In this document: piece by piece, positions 1-8,536 of the stretch
How the letters are laid out: each line of letters starts with the position of its first letter
Position numbering within the stretch: position 1 is the stretch's first letter
DNA from: Thermoproteus tenax Kra 1
Lineage (GTDB): Archaea > Thermoproteota > Thermoprotei > Thermoproteales > Thermoproteaceae
Assembly: GCF_000253055.1 (NCBI RefSeq)
Contig: NC_016070.1
Coordinates: 630,001-662,000, forward strand
Length of the DNA stretch: 32,000 nt
Direction: 5' to 3'
The notes under the pieces: model-generated
Told to the model about the DNA's origin: nothing
Databases searched by the model: none
The model's input: the letters and a program-made list of their open reading frames with translations, nothing else
Translations under genes and position numbers: made by a program

Positions 1-1
1 C

Positions 2-427
2 AACTACGAGGCCATGTACGCCTTTCTAGTCCACACGGCGGCCTCGCTCTCGCTCTTCGTGTACAACAAGTATCCAGCTAAGACCTTCAACGGCAACGTG
101 GGTAGCTACTTCTTAGGCGGAGAGATCGCAGTGCTCGCAGCCGTCTACGACATGGTGCCTCAGTTGGTCTTTGCGTCGATGCCGTATATTGTGAACGGCA
201 TCTTGATAATATTCTCAGCAAGAGGCATAAGAGGCCGGAGCAGGATAGATAGGCCGACGGTCTTAAAAAATGGAACAGTGGAACAGAATTGCGATTCCAA
301 GATACTCAGTTTAGTGAGACTCATAGTGAGCGAGGACCCTTTGGATGAATACGGCATATTTAAGCGACTGACATTCTTAGTAGCTCTATCGTCGCTCTTA
401 TCCATAGCGATTAGCATGACGATATGA
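2..427 (+). CDS. Glycosyltransferase family 4 (MraY/WecA/AglH-type HexNAc-1-P transferase), C-terminal part; the 5' end lies off-window
   Basis: The frame is open from nt 2 to TGA 425-427. The sequence is hydrophobic and multi-TM, with 'PAKTFNGNVGSYFLGG' resembling the family motif PAxxFxGDxGSxxLG. The stop overlaps the next ATG (ATGA at 424-427). Confidence 0.6.
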   Translation, partial: NYEAMYAFLVHTAASLSLFVYNKYPAKTFNGNVGSYFLGGEIAVLAAVYDMVPQLVFASMPYIVNGILIIFSARGIRGRSRIDRPTVLKNGTVEQNCDSKILSLVRLIVSEDPLDEYGIFKRLTFLVALSSLLSIAISMTI

Positions 428-642
428 AGAGAGCTTTGGCCGTAGTGCTCTTCTCGTGGGCCTTGCTCTTGTTCTACTTATACATAGGCGCCCTCCTTTT
501 GAACTATCTTAGAATTCGCCTTGTGTCCTATATAAGCGTAGGCGACATTGTCGCAGTAGGTCTAATGTTGCTCTATGGATATGGAGTATACTATGTCGGA
601 AAAGAGACAGCCCAGAGCTCGTGTAAGCCTAAAGGACGTTGA
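424..642 (+). CDS. Small membrane protein (72 aa, two predicted TM helices), function unknown
   Basis: ATGA overlap with the upstream GT4 gene suggests translational coupling. The sequence is hydrophobic. I recognise no family. Confidence 0.4.
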   Translation: MKRALAVVLFSWALLLFYLYIGALLLNYLRIRLVSYISVGDIVAVGLMLLYGYGVYYVGKETAQSSCKPKGR

Positions 643-760
643 GATATTGGCGTCTATCCTCTCCGGTGGCGGCGAGGAGTTTCACAATAGGATACTCGCG
701 ATAGAGAGAGAAGTTAGAAAATTAGAGTTATTAGTTAATCAAATGCTTGATCAGACGTGA
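575..760 (+). CDS. Small charged, coiled-coil-like protein (61 aa; alternative start ATG 593), function unknown
   Basis: Its TGA (758-760) overlaps the GTG start of the downstream GTPase (GTGA at 757-760). It overlaps the previous ORF by 50-68 nt in another frame. Confidence 0.4.
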   Translation: MDMEYTMSEKRQPRARVSLKDVEILASILSGGGEEFHNRILAIEREVRKLELLVNQMLDQT

Positions 761-1242
761 AGAAGGTAGTATGGGCAGTCCTTGGCGTAGGCGGCGTGGG
801 CAAGACCACGTACATATACAGACTGCTCGGTCTCTCACTTAAACCGAGAATAACTCTGAGACCCGGCGTATATAGATACTACTACGGCGACTATGAGATG
901 GATGTGATAGATGTGCCAGGGCAGTTGGCCAGAGAGGTCGCCTTAAATTTCAGCAGGACTTGGTCCTTTTACGTAGATCTCATGGTCTATATGTATGACG
1001 TAACGGATCCAGCGTCTTTGAGGGCCGTGGCTGAGATACACAGCGCCCTATTGGATGCAGGCTTGAAACCGTTCAGAAAGGCGGTCCTAGTGGGAAACAA
1101 GCGAGATCTGGCCGAGGAGATAGGCACTATGATAGAGGGGGATGAGATGGCCAAGGCGGTCGGCGCCTCTAGGATATACTATGTGTCGGCGCTGAAGGAT
1201 CCGCCAAACGAGTTAATAAAGCCGGTTATCGAAAATCTGTAA
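757..1242 (+). CDS. Small Ras-superfamily GTPase (161 aa)
   Basis: G1 'GVGGVGKT', G3 'DVPGQ', G4 'NKRD' and G5 'SAL' occur in canonical order and spacing. GTG start. Confidence 0.8.
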   Translation: MKKVVWAVLGVGGVGKTTYIYRLLGLSLKPRITLRPGVYRYYYGDYEMDVIDVPGQLAREVALNFSRTWSFYVDLMVYMYDVTDPASLRAVAEIHSALLDAGLKPFRKAVLVGNKRDLAEEIGTMIEGDEMAKAVGASRIYYVSALKDPPNELIKPVIENL

Positions 1243-2068
1243 TACATACACTTTCGTCGTTCTCGACGATCTGACCTCCGTACTTAGTGGATAGCTCCTC
1301 ACATGTGGGGGGCTGCTCCAGTCCCACAGCCTTGCTCATTAGTGTGGCTAATTCGCCGAGAACTCCTTTAACATAAATATAAATTATTTCTCTTGATATA
1401 TTCCTTAAAGATTCAATATTAGATAATCTATGACAAACTATAGCTGTATCGAATTTACCATACTTTGACTGTAATAGTGATAGATCTGTCGTAGGCTCAA
1501 CCGCTATGAAGGCGGCAGGCGCTAAATATGACGTGAGGGGGGCGCTGAAGATGGGCAACAGCGAGAGCCTTTCGCTTTCAACGTCTAGGACATCTTGAAA
1601 GTCGTCGCTTATGACAAGATCTCTTCCTGCTTGTGCCGATAGCTCCGATGAGAAACCACACGGCAGAAAGCCGTATACCAAGGTCAGTCCTCCCCAGGGC
1701 AGAATCTCAGACGCTACTCTGATCCTAACCTCTTGAAACAGATAGGTAAAAGAGTGCAGAAGAGTTGTATTTAGTTCAAAGGAATTACCGAGTAGATATG
1801 GAACAATTATATTATCTATCACATTGGCCACTATAGGATCTCCTCTGTCTGGCGGTAATTTACCCGTCCTCATATATATATCTCCTCTTTTAATAAAATA
1901 TCCAAGTTCTAGTAATATTTTATAAAGGGGTTCCAGTCTTTCATCGGGCCTAATTGCAGCGTTCATTATCGCCAGTCTGGCGAAGTTGCTCGCCAAGATG
2001 CCAGCCTCAATAGAGTCCACATGAGTTAAGACAAACCATTTTATTAGAATTACCATCAAAGTGAGCAC
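1226..2068 (-). CDS. Hypothetical protein (280 aa)
   Basis: Long ORF with an A/T-rich promoter region upstream (2069-2153). No recognisable motifs. It contains two A/T-rich in-frame islands. Confidence 0.55.
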   Translation of the reverse strand: MLTLMVILIKWFVLTHVDSIEAGILASNFARLAIMNAAIRPDERLEPLYKILLELGYFIKRGDIYMRTGKLPPDRGDPIVANVIDNIIVPYLLGNSFELNTTLLHSFTYLFQEVRIRVASEILPWGGLTLVYGFLPCGFSSELSAQAGRDLVISDDFQDVLDVESERLSLLPIFSAPLTSYLAPAAFIAVEPTTDLSLLQSKYGKFDTAIVCHRLSNIESLRNISREIIYIYVKGVLGELATLMSKAVGLEQPPTCEELSTKYGGQIVENDESVCITDFR

Positions 2069-2153
2069 TTAACATCGCCTATATATAAACTGTATAAATC
2101 CAATCAAAATTATAATTTATTTAAATAAAAAATAGTAAATTATATATAAAATT

Positions 2154-2852
2154 TTAATCTATACAAGCTATACCTCTTAGTATCAGATCAACTGCCTCGG
2201 CGAAGCCTAAGCCGCTGGACTCCTCGACAGTCAGCCGCGCTGCCTCTTTGGCGCGGTCATCTGCGTTACCCACGGCTATCCCCCAACCTAGTTTCAGCAT
2301 AGGTACGTCCACTTCGCTGTCGCCCACGACGGCCACTAAGTTGCACGGGATCCCCCACAACCGGCATATAAAGGCCAAGCCAACGCCCTTGTCCACCCCC
2401 CTCGGCCTCACGTGTATCGCATATCCGCTGTACTCGACAGCGTATTTTTCGCCCAACAGACTCTTTAGGCTCTCGACAGCCAATCCGGGCTCAGAGACGG
2501 GATAGAAGGCCAGGTCGAATTCCCTGCACCGGTTCTGCTCGCTCTCTTTAACTAATCCCGTAGATAACGCCGTTTCTATCACTTTCTGTTTATCAATTTC
2601 TTTACATAATCTATAAGTTTTTCCATCATAATATATAATACAGCCATTTTCAGCTATAACGCTATCAATACCTAAATACCGCGAGAGAGCTAAAGCGTAG
2701 TCTAAGCCGTTCGCTGTGGCCAACGCCACTTTCAGGCCGCTGTTTTTCGCCCTCCTTAATGCGGCCAACGCCTCCAATGAGAGCTCGTACACGCTTCTCG
2801 ATAGAGTTAAAGTGCCGTCTATATCGGCCACCAAACCCTTGCAGTAGGACAT
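2154..2852 (-). CDS. HAD-superfamily (IIB/Cof-type) phosphatase, archaeal phosphoglycolate-phosphatase-like
   Basis: HAD motif I 'DIDGTLT' at the N-terminus and motif IV 'GDSEVDVPML...GNA' near the C-terminus. The 232 aa length is typical. Confidence 0.8.
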   Translation of the reverse strand: MSYCKGLVADIDGTLTLSRSVYELSLEALAALRRAKNSGLKVALATANGLDYALALSRYLGIDSVIAENGCIIYYDGKTYRLCKEIDKQKVIETALSTGLVKESEQNRCREFDLAFYPVSEPGLAVESLKSLLGEKYAVEYSGYAIHVRPRGVDKGVGLAFICRLWGIPCNLVAVVGDSEVDVPMLKLGWGIAVGNADDRAKEAARLTVEESSGLGFAEAVDLILRGIACID

Positions 2853-2886
2853 GACGATATCAAGTCTTTATTACTAATGAAGCCGC

Positions 2887-3926
2887 TTAGGACGGGCTCC
2901 TAACTCGCTTTATTTCCTCGATCAGCAACGGCAATATCTGTTTATAATCGCCTATTATAGCATAATCCGAGTTCTGGACTATGGGGGCGTTCGGATCCGA
3001 GTTGATCGCGACGATGTACTTAGATTCTTGAATTCCCATCATATGTTGCACTGCGCCAGATATGCCGACCGCTATGTACAGCTTCGGCCTTATAGTCTTG
3101 CCGGTCTGTCCCACTTGTCTAGTGTGGGGGGCCCAACCTGCTCTAACAGCCATCAGAGATGCCCCAACAGTGCCGTTTAATAGCTTGGCCAACTCGACCA
3201 ACAGCTTGAAGCCCTCGGCGGATCCCAAGCCTCTGCCGCCGGCGACCACCACATCGGCAGATTCCACAGGCGGAAGATCAGCTATGTCGCGCTCGATCCT
3301 CCTCTCAGCGCCTAGGAACACGGTTTTTCTTCCGTTGAGCTCCACGGTCTCATGTATGATCTCTCCCTTCCTATTTACGTCCCTAGTAGGCTTCGGGAAA
3401 ACGCCGGGTCTCACGCTGGCCATCTGCGGCCTTCTATGCGGTGTCTTGATGGTCGCCATTTGAGTTCCGCCGAATGTTGGACGTATTTGCATTAAGTCGC
3501 CGGTCTTAGGATCTATCTCCAAGGCTGTACAATCCGCCGTGATGCCCGTGGTCAAGATATTCGCTATGAATGCTGCAATCTCCCTGCCCCTCTTAGTGGC
3601 GCCAACTAGGAAGATCTCCGGCTTATATTTGGCCACCACCTTAGCTATTGCGTTGGCGTACTCGTAGGGGGTGTAGACCTTGAGCTCAGGGTTTATGATT
3701 ACCACCACTTTGTCTGCTCCGTGATATATTGCCTCCTGTGCCATCTCGTCAGTTCCCGCAACTAAGATACCGCCTACGTTTGAGTTACCCCGCTTAGCTG
3801 CAGATCGCGCGCCTTGCCCAAGAGCTCCAATGAGACGTCCTTCAGCTTAGATCCGTCGTGTTCTAGATACACCCAGACGCCCTTGTATTCCTCCTTGTTT
3901 ATGGGCGGCCAGAGTTTGCAGGTCAT
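2887..3926 (-). pseudogene. etfA: Electron transfer flavoprotein alpha subunit (EtfA/FixB), reading frame broken by a 1-nt shift near 3800
   Basis: The C-terminal piece (2887..3744) carries the ETF-alpha FAD signature 'LYIAVGISGAVQHMMG'. The N-terminal piece 'MTCKLW..KGVWVYLEHDGSKLKDVSLELLGKARDL' starts at ATG 3926, overlaps the etfB stop as ATGA, and ends at TAG 3774-3776. The C-terminal frame is open upstream through the junction. Confidence 0.8.
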
Positions 3927-4717
3927 AGCAAGCCCTCCTTCTTTAGCTCTTCTACGAGCATCTTTACGGCCTCGCGGGGTTCTCCTTGGAATATTTTCTT
4001 TTTCCGGGGCGGAAACGTCGCGCCGGTCTGGGCTGCGACGAAGGTTGGCGAGCCCTTCAGCCCCACACACTCGACGTCGAGACCCAACTCCTTGTTTGTG
4101 GCTTGGATTATATTAGATCTCGCGTTTAATTTCCTCAACAAGCTCACCTCCCTCGGCATCTGTGTGCCCTTTGCCACAGATATGAGCGCAGGCAACTCCA
4201 TCTCGTAGAACTCATCGACGCCTTCGTCCTCTAAAAACCTCCTGACTCTGACTTTATTCCCCGCGATTTCTGCATCATAGACATAATATACATAGGGTAT
4301 GTTGAGGTGTGAAGCGACTTGGGCGCCGACGTGTGCCGTCGTACTATCTATTGTCTCTTCGCCTGCCAAGATCAACGTATAGTCGGGCACGTACTTCTTG
4401 ATGGTCTCAGCCAAAACGTACGATGTGGCCCAGGTATCGGCGCCTGCGAAGACGCGGTCGGTGGCCAGAATAGCCTTGTCTACGCCCATGCCGATAAGGC
4501 TCTCAAGAGCAGGTATTCCAGATGGCGGCGCCATCGAAATGGCTATTACCTCCCCTCCGTATTTGTCTCTCAATTTAAGCGCGAACTCCACGGCATCGCG
4601 ATCCCACTGATTTGTTGACAGCGGGACGCCCTCTCTGACGAGGGTGCCTGTTCTAGGATCTATTTTAATGGCAGTCGACAGAGGCACTGCGGCTTTTGTC
4701 AGCACCACAAACTTCAT
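3923..4717 (-). CDS. etfB: Electron transfer flavoprotein beta subunit (EtfB/FixA)
   Basis: 'MKFVVLTKAAVPL...' is an ETF-beta-like N-terminus. TATA-like 'TTATAAAAG' (about + 4737-4746) lies about 25 nt upstream of ATG 4717. The track start at 4774 would add 19 non-conserved residues. Confidence 0.85.
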   Translation of the reverse strand: MKFVVLTKAAVPLSTAIKIDPRTGTLVREGVPLSTNQWDRDAVEFALKLRDKYGGEVIAISMAPPSGIPALESLIGMGVDKAILATDRVFAGADTWATSYVLAETIKKYVPDYTLILAGEETIDSTTAHVGAQVASHLNIPYVYYVYDAEIAGNKVRVRRFLEDEGVDEFYEMELPALISVAKGTQMPREVSLLRKLNARSNIIQATNKELGLDVECVGLKGSPTFVAAQTGATFPPRKKKIFQGEPREAVKMLVEELKKEGLL

Positions 4718-4792
4718 CGTTCCCTCTAATAGAGTGCTTTTATAAGTGTAATTACATATAACGCAGAAGCCCACTTAGGCTGAAGACTAAAA

Positions 4793-5086
4793 CTAGCTAA
4801 ATCTATACCAGACGCCGAAGCCTGAGCGTGGGTAGTTCCAATCTATGTTGTCGTAGGGACACACGACTCTACAAGTGCCGCATTCAAGACAAGCCTCCGT
4901 GCTCAACACAACTATCTCTCCTTGTTGGACATAGCACTTGGCTGGACACATATAAGTACATGGTTTCTTTTCACATTTTCTACATATTTCTTGGTCTTTT
5001 ATTTTAATATGAGGACGGTAGATATCTGTGTCCCAAGCGTTAACATTAAGCCTCTCTTCAATGGTCAAGAACTTTACAGTGCTCAT
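4793..5086 (-). CDS. fixX: Ferredoxin-like protein FixX (4Fe-4S)
   Basis: 97 aa and Cys-rich ('CRKCEKKPCTYMCP', 'CLECGTCRVVCP'). It overlaps the fixC stop by 4 nt. Confidence 0.8.
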   Translation of the reverse strand: MSTVKFLTIEERLNVNAWDTDIYRPHIKIKDQEICRKCEKKPCTYMCPAKCYVQQGEIVVLSTEACLECGTCRVVCPYDNIDWNYPRSGFGVWYRFS

Positions 5087-6357
5087 AGGTATGCAAACGC
5101 GTACATCATATTTATTAGTATCTTCCCCAGGGATGCCCCCGAGTCGTCCAAGGTTTTCCTAAGCGCCGAGGCCACAGTGGGCGGCCTGTCCTCTATAGTT
5201 AGATAGTTGCGCATAAAGAGGTTGACAAAGTTCGGCAGATCGCCAAAGGTGAAGCTATTCGATAGGACCTTCTCAGCGTTTTTGAACGCCATTAGGTCTC
5301 TCATAATGAAGCTGTTGCGCAACTTGTCCTCATAGCGGGAGAGCTGATCCGGCCCGCCCGCCTCCTTTATTGTCTCTGCCGCCAAGACTCCCGAGGCAAC
5401 CGCGAAATCCACGCCCCTAATTAGAACTCCCCCATGCATGAGGAAGCCGGCCGCATCGCCAACGATGAGGAGGCCGTCGTAGGAAAACTTGGGCGGCGCC
5501 ATATTGATTCCGGCAACCGGCGTTAAGTGGGCCGAGTATTCCTGCATCTGGGCGCCGGCCACCAGTTTGGAGATATGGGGGTGCAACCTAAACCTCTCCG
5601 CCAGATCGTAGACGGGGGTCTTCAGCTTAGGCCACGAGGTCAGATATAGGACTATCCCCAACGCCACTGAGTCTTTATAGGTGTATAAGAAGGCGCCTCC
5701 AGGTAGATACTCGGTGGGCCAACCGGCGAAAGCCCACGCAAGGCCCTCGTCCTCAGAAAGCCCCAGTCTGTCCTCCAACGTCCTTCTATTATCGAACTTT
5801 AACACCTCCTTAACTCCTATCGCGACCAGTTCAGGCTTAAGCTTTCCAACTATGCCGGCCCTCTCTAATAGAAGTCTGTTCACTCCCTCGGCGTCGATAA
5901 TATAGTCTGCGTAAACTTTGTCCGAACCTGATCTGACGCCGATAAACCTCCCCCTCTCGTCTCTGATCAGCTCATCTACCACCACCTCAGTCACTATCTT
6001 TGCGCCGGCGTTGACGGCCAACTTGCCCAACCACGATGTAAATGACGCCAGCGGTGCGACGAAGCTAGTTTTCTCGGGCTTGACAGTCTCAAACTCTACC
6101 GTCGTAATGCTCTCCTCCGACATCAATGAGATGCGCTCCTTGCGGACCCAACGGTCAGTAGGCGCGTCTTTACGAAATTCTGGTAAATATTTGTCTAGCC
6201 AATAAGCGTATATTCTTCCGCCGTAAACTTGCTTTGAGCCCGGCTCCCTCCCCCGCTCGATGACGAGGACTTTAAAACCGGCCGTAGCAAGCTTGTAGGC
6301 AGCGGCGAGACCACCGGGGCCGGCTCCGACTATAACCACATCAAATTTCGACGACAT
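5083..6357 (-). CDS. fixC: FAD-dependent ETF-quinone oxidoreductase FixC
   Basis: N-terminal dinucleotide fold 'VVIVGAGPGGLAAA'. About 424 aa, in fixCX-etfBA context. ATG 6357 lies roughly 25 nt downstream of the TATA-like 'TTTTTAAG'. The track start TTG 6363 is less likely. Confidence 0.85.
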   Translation of the reverse strand: MSSKFDVVIVGAGPGGLAAAYKLATAGFKVLVIERGREPGSKQVYGGRIYAYWLDKYLPEFRKDAPTDRWVRKERISLMSEESITTVEFETVKPEKTSFVAPLASFTSWLGKLAVNAGAKIVTEVVVDELIRDERGRFIGVRSGSDKVYADYIIDAEGVNRLLLERAGIVGKLKPELVAIGVKEVLKFDNRRTLEDRLGLSEDEGLAWAFAGWPTEYLPGGAFLYTYKDSVALGIVLYLTSWPKLKTPVYDLAERFRLHPHISKLVAGAQMQEYSAHLTPVAGINMAPPKFSYDGLLIVGDAAGFLMHGGVLIRGVDFAVASGVLAAETIKEAGGPDQLSRYEDKLRNSFIMRDLMAFKNAEKVLSNSFTFGDLPNFVNLFMRNYLTIEDRPPTVASALRKTLDDSGASLGKILINMMYAFAYL

Positions 6358-6552
6358 TAGCAACGGTCTTTATCATATCTTAAAAATATTGGGGAAGGCT
6401 CCAGCTGAAAATCTTCACAAAAAAAGCCTATTGCCTATTGATCTGCCGCCCTAAAAGGCCATACTTGTTTTATTTTAAGTTTGGGCACGTTATGCGCCTC
6501 TAGAGCGCTCGGAGTTCGTAAGGCTTTTAACGAAAGATCCCCCGATAGTTCT

Positions 6553-7230
6553 ATGAAACTAAAATTGAAATATTTCTCAGCTCTGAGGGACATAACCGGG
6601 AAGGTCTCTGAGGAGTTGGAGGTCTCTGGCGATCTAACTCTAGGTGACTTAGTCAAGTGGTTTTTCGAGAAATATCCAAAAGCCCTCGCCTATAAAGATG
6701 ATGTAATATTTCTAGTGAACGGTAGGAACGCCACAGAGAGCTACCTCTTGAGGGATGGAGATGAAGTGGCCGTAATGCCGCCTGTATCGGGGGGCGGACT
6801 GCTCAACGGTGAGGTCGATCTGAACAAAGAGGTGGAGGACATAATCAAGGGCACGGCCCCTAAGGGGGCCGGCGGCGTCGTTATATTTGTAGGATTCGTC
6901 AAAGGTAAGGTGGACGACGCTCAAGTCTCAGAGCTCGACTATGAAGCCTACGAGCCATACGCCAGCGAGAAGATAGCTGAGATAGAGAAATGGGCCAGGT
7001 CGATAGACGGCGTGTTGGACGTGCGGATCTATCACCGTGTGGGCTCGCTGAAGCCCGGCGATCATACAGTGTATGTCTTCGTTGCCGGCGTGAACAGAGA
7101 AATATCATTCAATGTGGCTAGACAAGCTCTGGAAAGAGTTAAACACGAGGTGCCCATATTTAAACTGGAGCGGAGAAGCGATGGCGAATACTGGGTAGTG
7201 GGGGACGGCCGGAGGATTAAAAGGAACTAG
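6553..7230 (+). CDS. Fused molybdopterin synthase small and large subunits (MoaD-MoaE)
   Basis: The first 81 residues end in the MoaD/ThiS-type '...VAVMPPVSGG' (GG at 6790-6795). They run directly into a MoaE-like domain ('GGVVIFVGFVKG', 'YHRVGSLKPGD', 'PIFKLE'). ATG 6553 has 'CTTTTAAC' about 27 nt upstream. Confidence 0.75.
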   Translation: MKLKLKYFSALRDITGKVSEELEVSGDLTLGDLVKWFFEKYPKALAYKDDVIFLVNGRNATESYLLRDGDEVAVMPPVSGGGLLNGEVDLNKEVEDIIKGTAPKGAGGVVIFVGFVKGKVDDAQVSELDYEAYEPYASEKIAEIEKWARSIDGVLDVRIYHRVGSLKPGDHTVYVFVAGVNREISFNVARQALERVKHEVPIFKLERRSDGEYWVVGDGRRIKRN

Positions 7231-7601
7231 CTCTCCGATATCTCGAAGGGCGCTTGTTCAAAGTCTACGACGCCCTCAACCTCGCTCACGTAGCCGTTGC
7301 TTCTGACATCAACGGTGATAGTTATCACTAAACCGCGTTTTGTGACTATAGTAACTCTATCTTCGCCTAGATCGAAGTCCAACACAGAATCGCCTCCGGC
7401 CCTGATTATCTCGGCCACCCTCGACGCAAGGCTCCACTGAAATGTCAACGTCAGAGTAAGCTGACCTAAGGAGAGGTCCAGAGGGCCTCTTAGGGCCTTC
7501 GCGAGGAAGTCTGCGGCGCCCCTACTGACCGAGGGATCGCCGGACTCAATGGTGATGAGGACTCTGAGGGGCTTGGGCTTGGCCCTCTGCTCCGCGAGCA
7601 C
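7227..7601 (-). CDS. Hypothetical protein (124 aa)
   Basis: The ORF has GC-rich codon usage consistent with its neighbours. No motif recognised. Confidence 0.45.
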   Translation of the reverse strand: MLAEQRAKPKPLRVLITIESGDPSVSRGAADFLAKALRGPLDLSLGQLTLTLTFQWSLASRVAEIIRAGGDSVLDFDLGEDRVTIVTKRGLVITITVDVRSNGYVSEVEGVVDFEQAPFEISES

Positions 7602-7717
7602 GTATGCTTGAGATAACGCCTATAAAAATCTGCCCTAAAAGACGCCATATCTTTTCAGATGCTCTTAGTGGTGCTTGCGTTGGGCTGAACTAAGTTGCTA
7701 CAGAGCCAATAATATAA

Positions 7718-8536
7718 ATGGAGATAGGGCTATCTGACGTGAGAGAGGCTTGGAGGAGGGTCAGAACCGTGGTTGAGGACAGCGATGTTGTACTGGAGGT
7801 GCTCGACGCGAGAGACCCCCTAGCCACGCGGAACATAGAGCTAGAGAGATTGGTTGCCTCGTTGGGCAAACGTTTTATCGTAGCTATCAATAAGGCCGAC
7901 TTAGTGCCCCTCGATGTGGGCCTCAAGTGGAAGGAGTGGTTTGAGGCCCAAGGTCTACCCGCTGTGGTTTTCAGCGCGAAAATGAGGTTGGGCACCAGGA
8001 AGCTTATGGCGAAGATAAAGAGTGTGGCTCCCTCAGTCCCCGTTAGAGTGGCCGTGGTGGGCTATCCTAACGTGGGCAAGTCCACCGTTATAAATTACCT
8101 CAAGGGGAGGCACGTTGCACCGACCAGCCCGAGGCCTGGCTTTACGAGGGGGGAACAAATAGTTAGAGCCAAGACTTGGCTTATAGTTGTGGATACACCC
8201 GGCGTATTGACGTCCGAGGAGGGGGACGATGCGGCTTTGGCCGTCATTAGAGGGGCTGTGGACCCCGCTAGAATAGACGATGCTGTGCCATATGCCATAG
8301 CCCTAATAAATAGAGTGCTCTCCTTCAATCCCCGCGCATTGGAGCACTATGGGTACTCCGGAGCCTCGGCCGAGGAGGCGCTTGAGCATATAGGAAGAAG
8401 GTATGGGAGGTTGATGAGGGGCGGGAGAGTTAATATAGAGGAAGCCGCCAGAATAGTGTTGAGAGACTGGATAGAGGGAAAGATCACGTACTACTACCTT
8501 CCCGATAGCGTGGGCACCTACTCAGCTCCTCCTTGA
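7718..8536 (+). CDS. Circularly permuted GTPase (YlqF/YawG/RbgA-like ribosome-biogenesis GTPase)
   Basis: The motif order is permuted: G4 'NKAD', then G1 'GYPNVGKS', then G3 'DTPG'. Confidence 0.8.
   Translation: MEIGLSDVREAWRRVRTVVEDSDVVLEVLDARDPLATRNIELERLVASLGKRFIVAINKADLVPLDVGLKWKEWFEAQGLPAVVFSAKMRLGTRKLMAKIKSVAPSVPVRVAVVGYPNVGKSTVINYLKGRHVAPTSPRPGFTRGEQIVRAKTWLIVVDTPGVLTSEEGDDAALAVIRGAVDPARIDDAVPYAIALINRVLSFNPRALEHYGYSGASAEEALEHIGRRYGRLMRGGRVNIEEAARIVLRDWIEGKITYYYLPDSVGTYSAPP

Noticed and set aside
424-760. ORFs 424..642 and 575..760 as one gene broken by a frameshift at the AAAA run near 600
   Set aside because: It is possible, but there is no homology evidence that the two parts belong together. 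The required shift is opposite in sign to the other two lesions. Both ORFs have independent coupling signals (ATGA and GTGA). The case is left unresolved rather than claimed.
3774-3810. Programmed -1 ribosomal frameshifting as the explanation for the etfA and mtnA breaks
   Set aside because: I see no X-XXY-YYZ slippery heptamer and no obvious downstream pseudoknot or hairpin at either junction. Simple 1-nt loss, whether real or a sequencing error, is more parsimonious. It is kept only as a remote alternative.
3062-4618. Plus-strand ORFs 3062..3463, 3814..4116, 4319..4618 and 4398..4610, antisense to the etfA and etfB genes
   Set aside because: They are Pro/Arg/Ser/Ala-rich shadow ORFs typical of the antisense strand of GC-rich genes. 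The minus-strand frames carry clear ETF signatures. The same reasoning applies to 5681..5905, 5918..6205, 26124..26552, 20128..20847 and similar track entries.
7552-7575. GTGATGA followed by CTGA on the plus strand, as a possible C/D box sRNA
   Set aside because: The CUGA is only 5 nt after the C box, and no properly spaced C'/D pair follows. It lies antisense within the 5' end of a CDS. Other near-matches (for example 21094-21100, 22766-22795 and 15057-15063) also lacked correctly spaced partner boxes.
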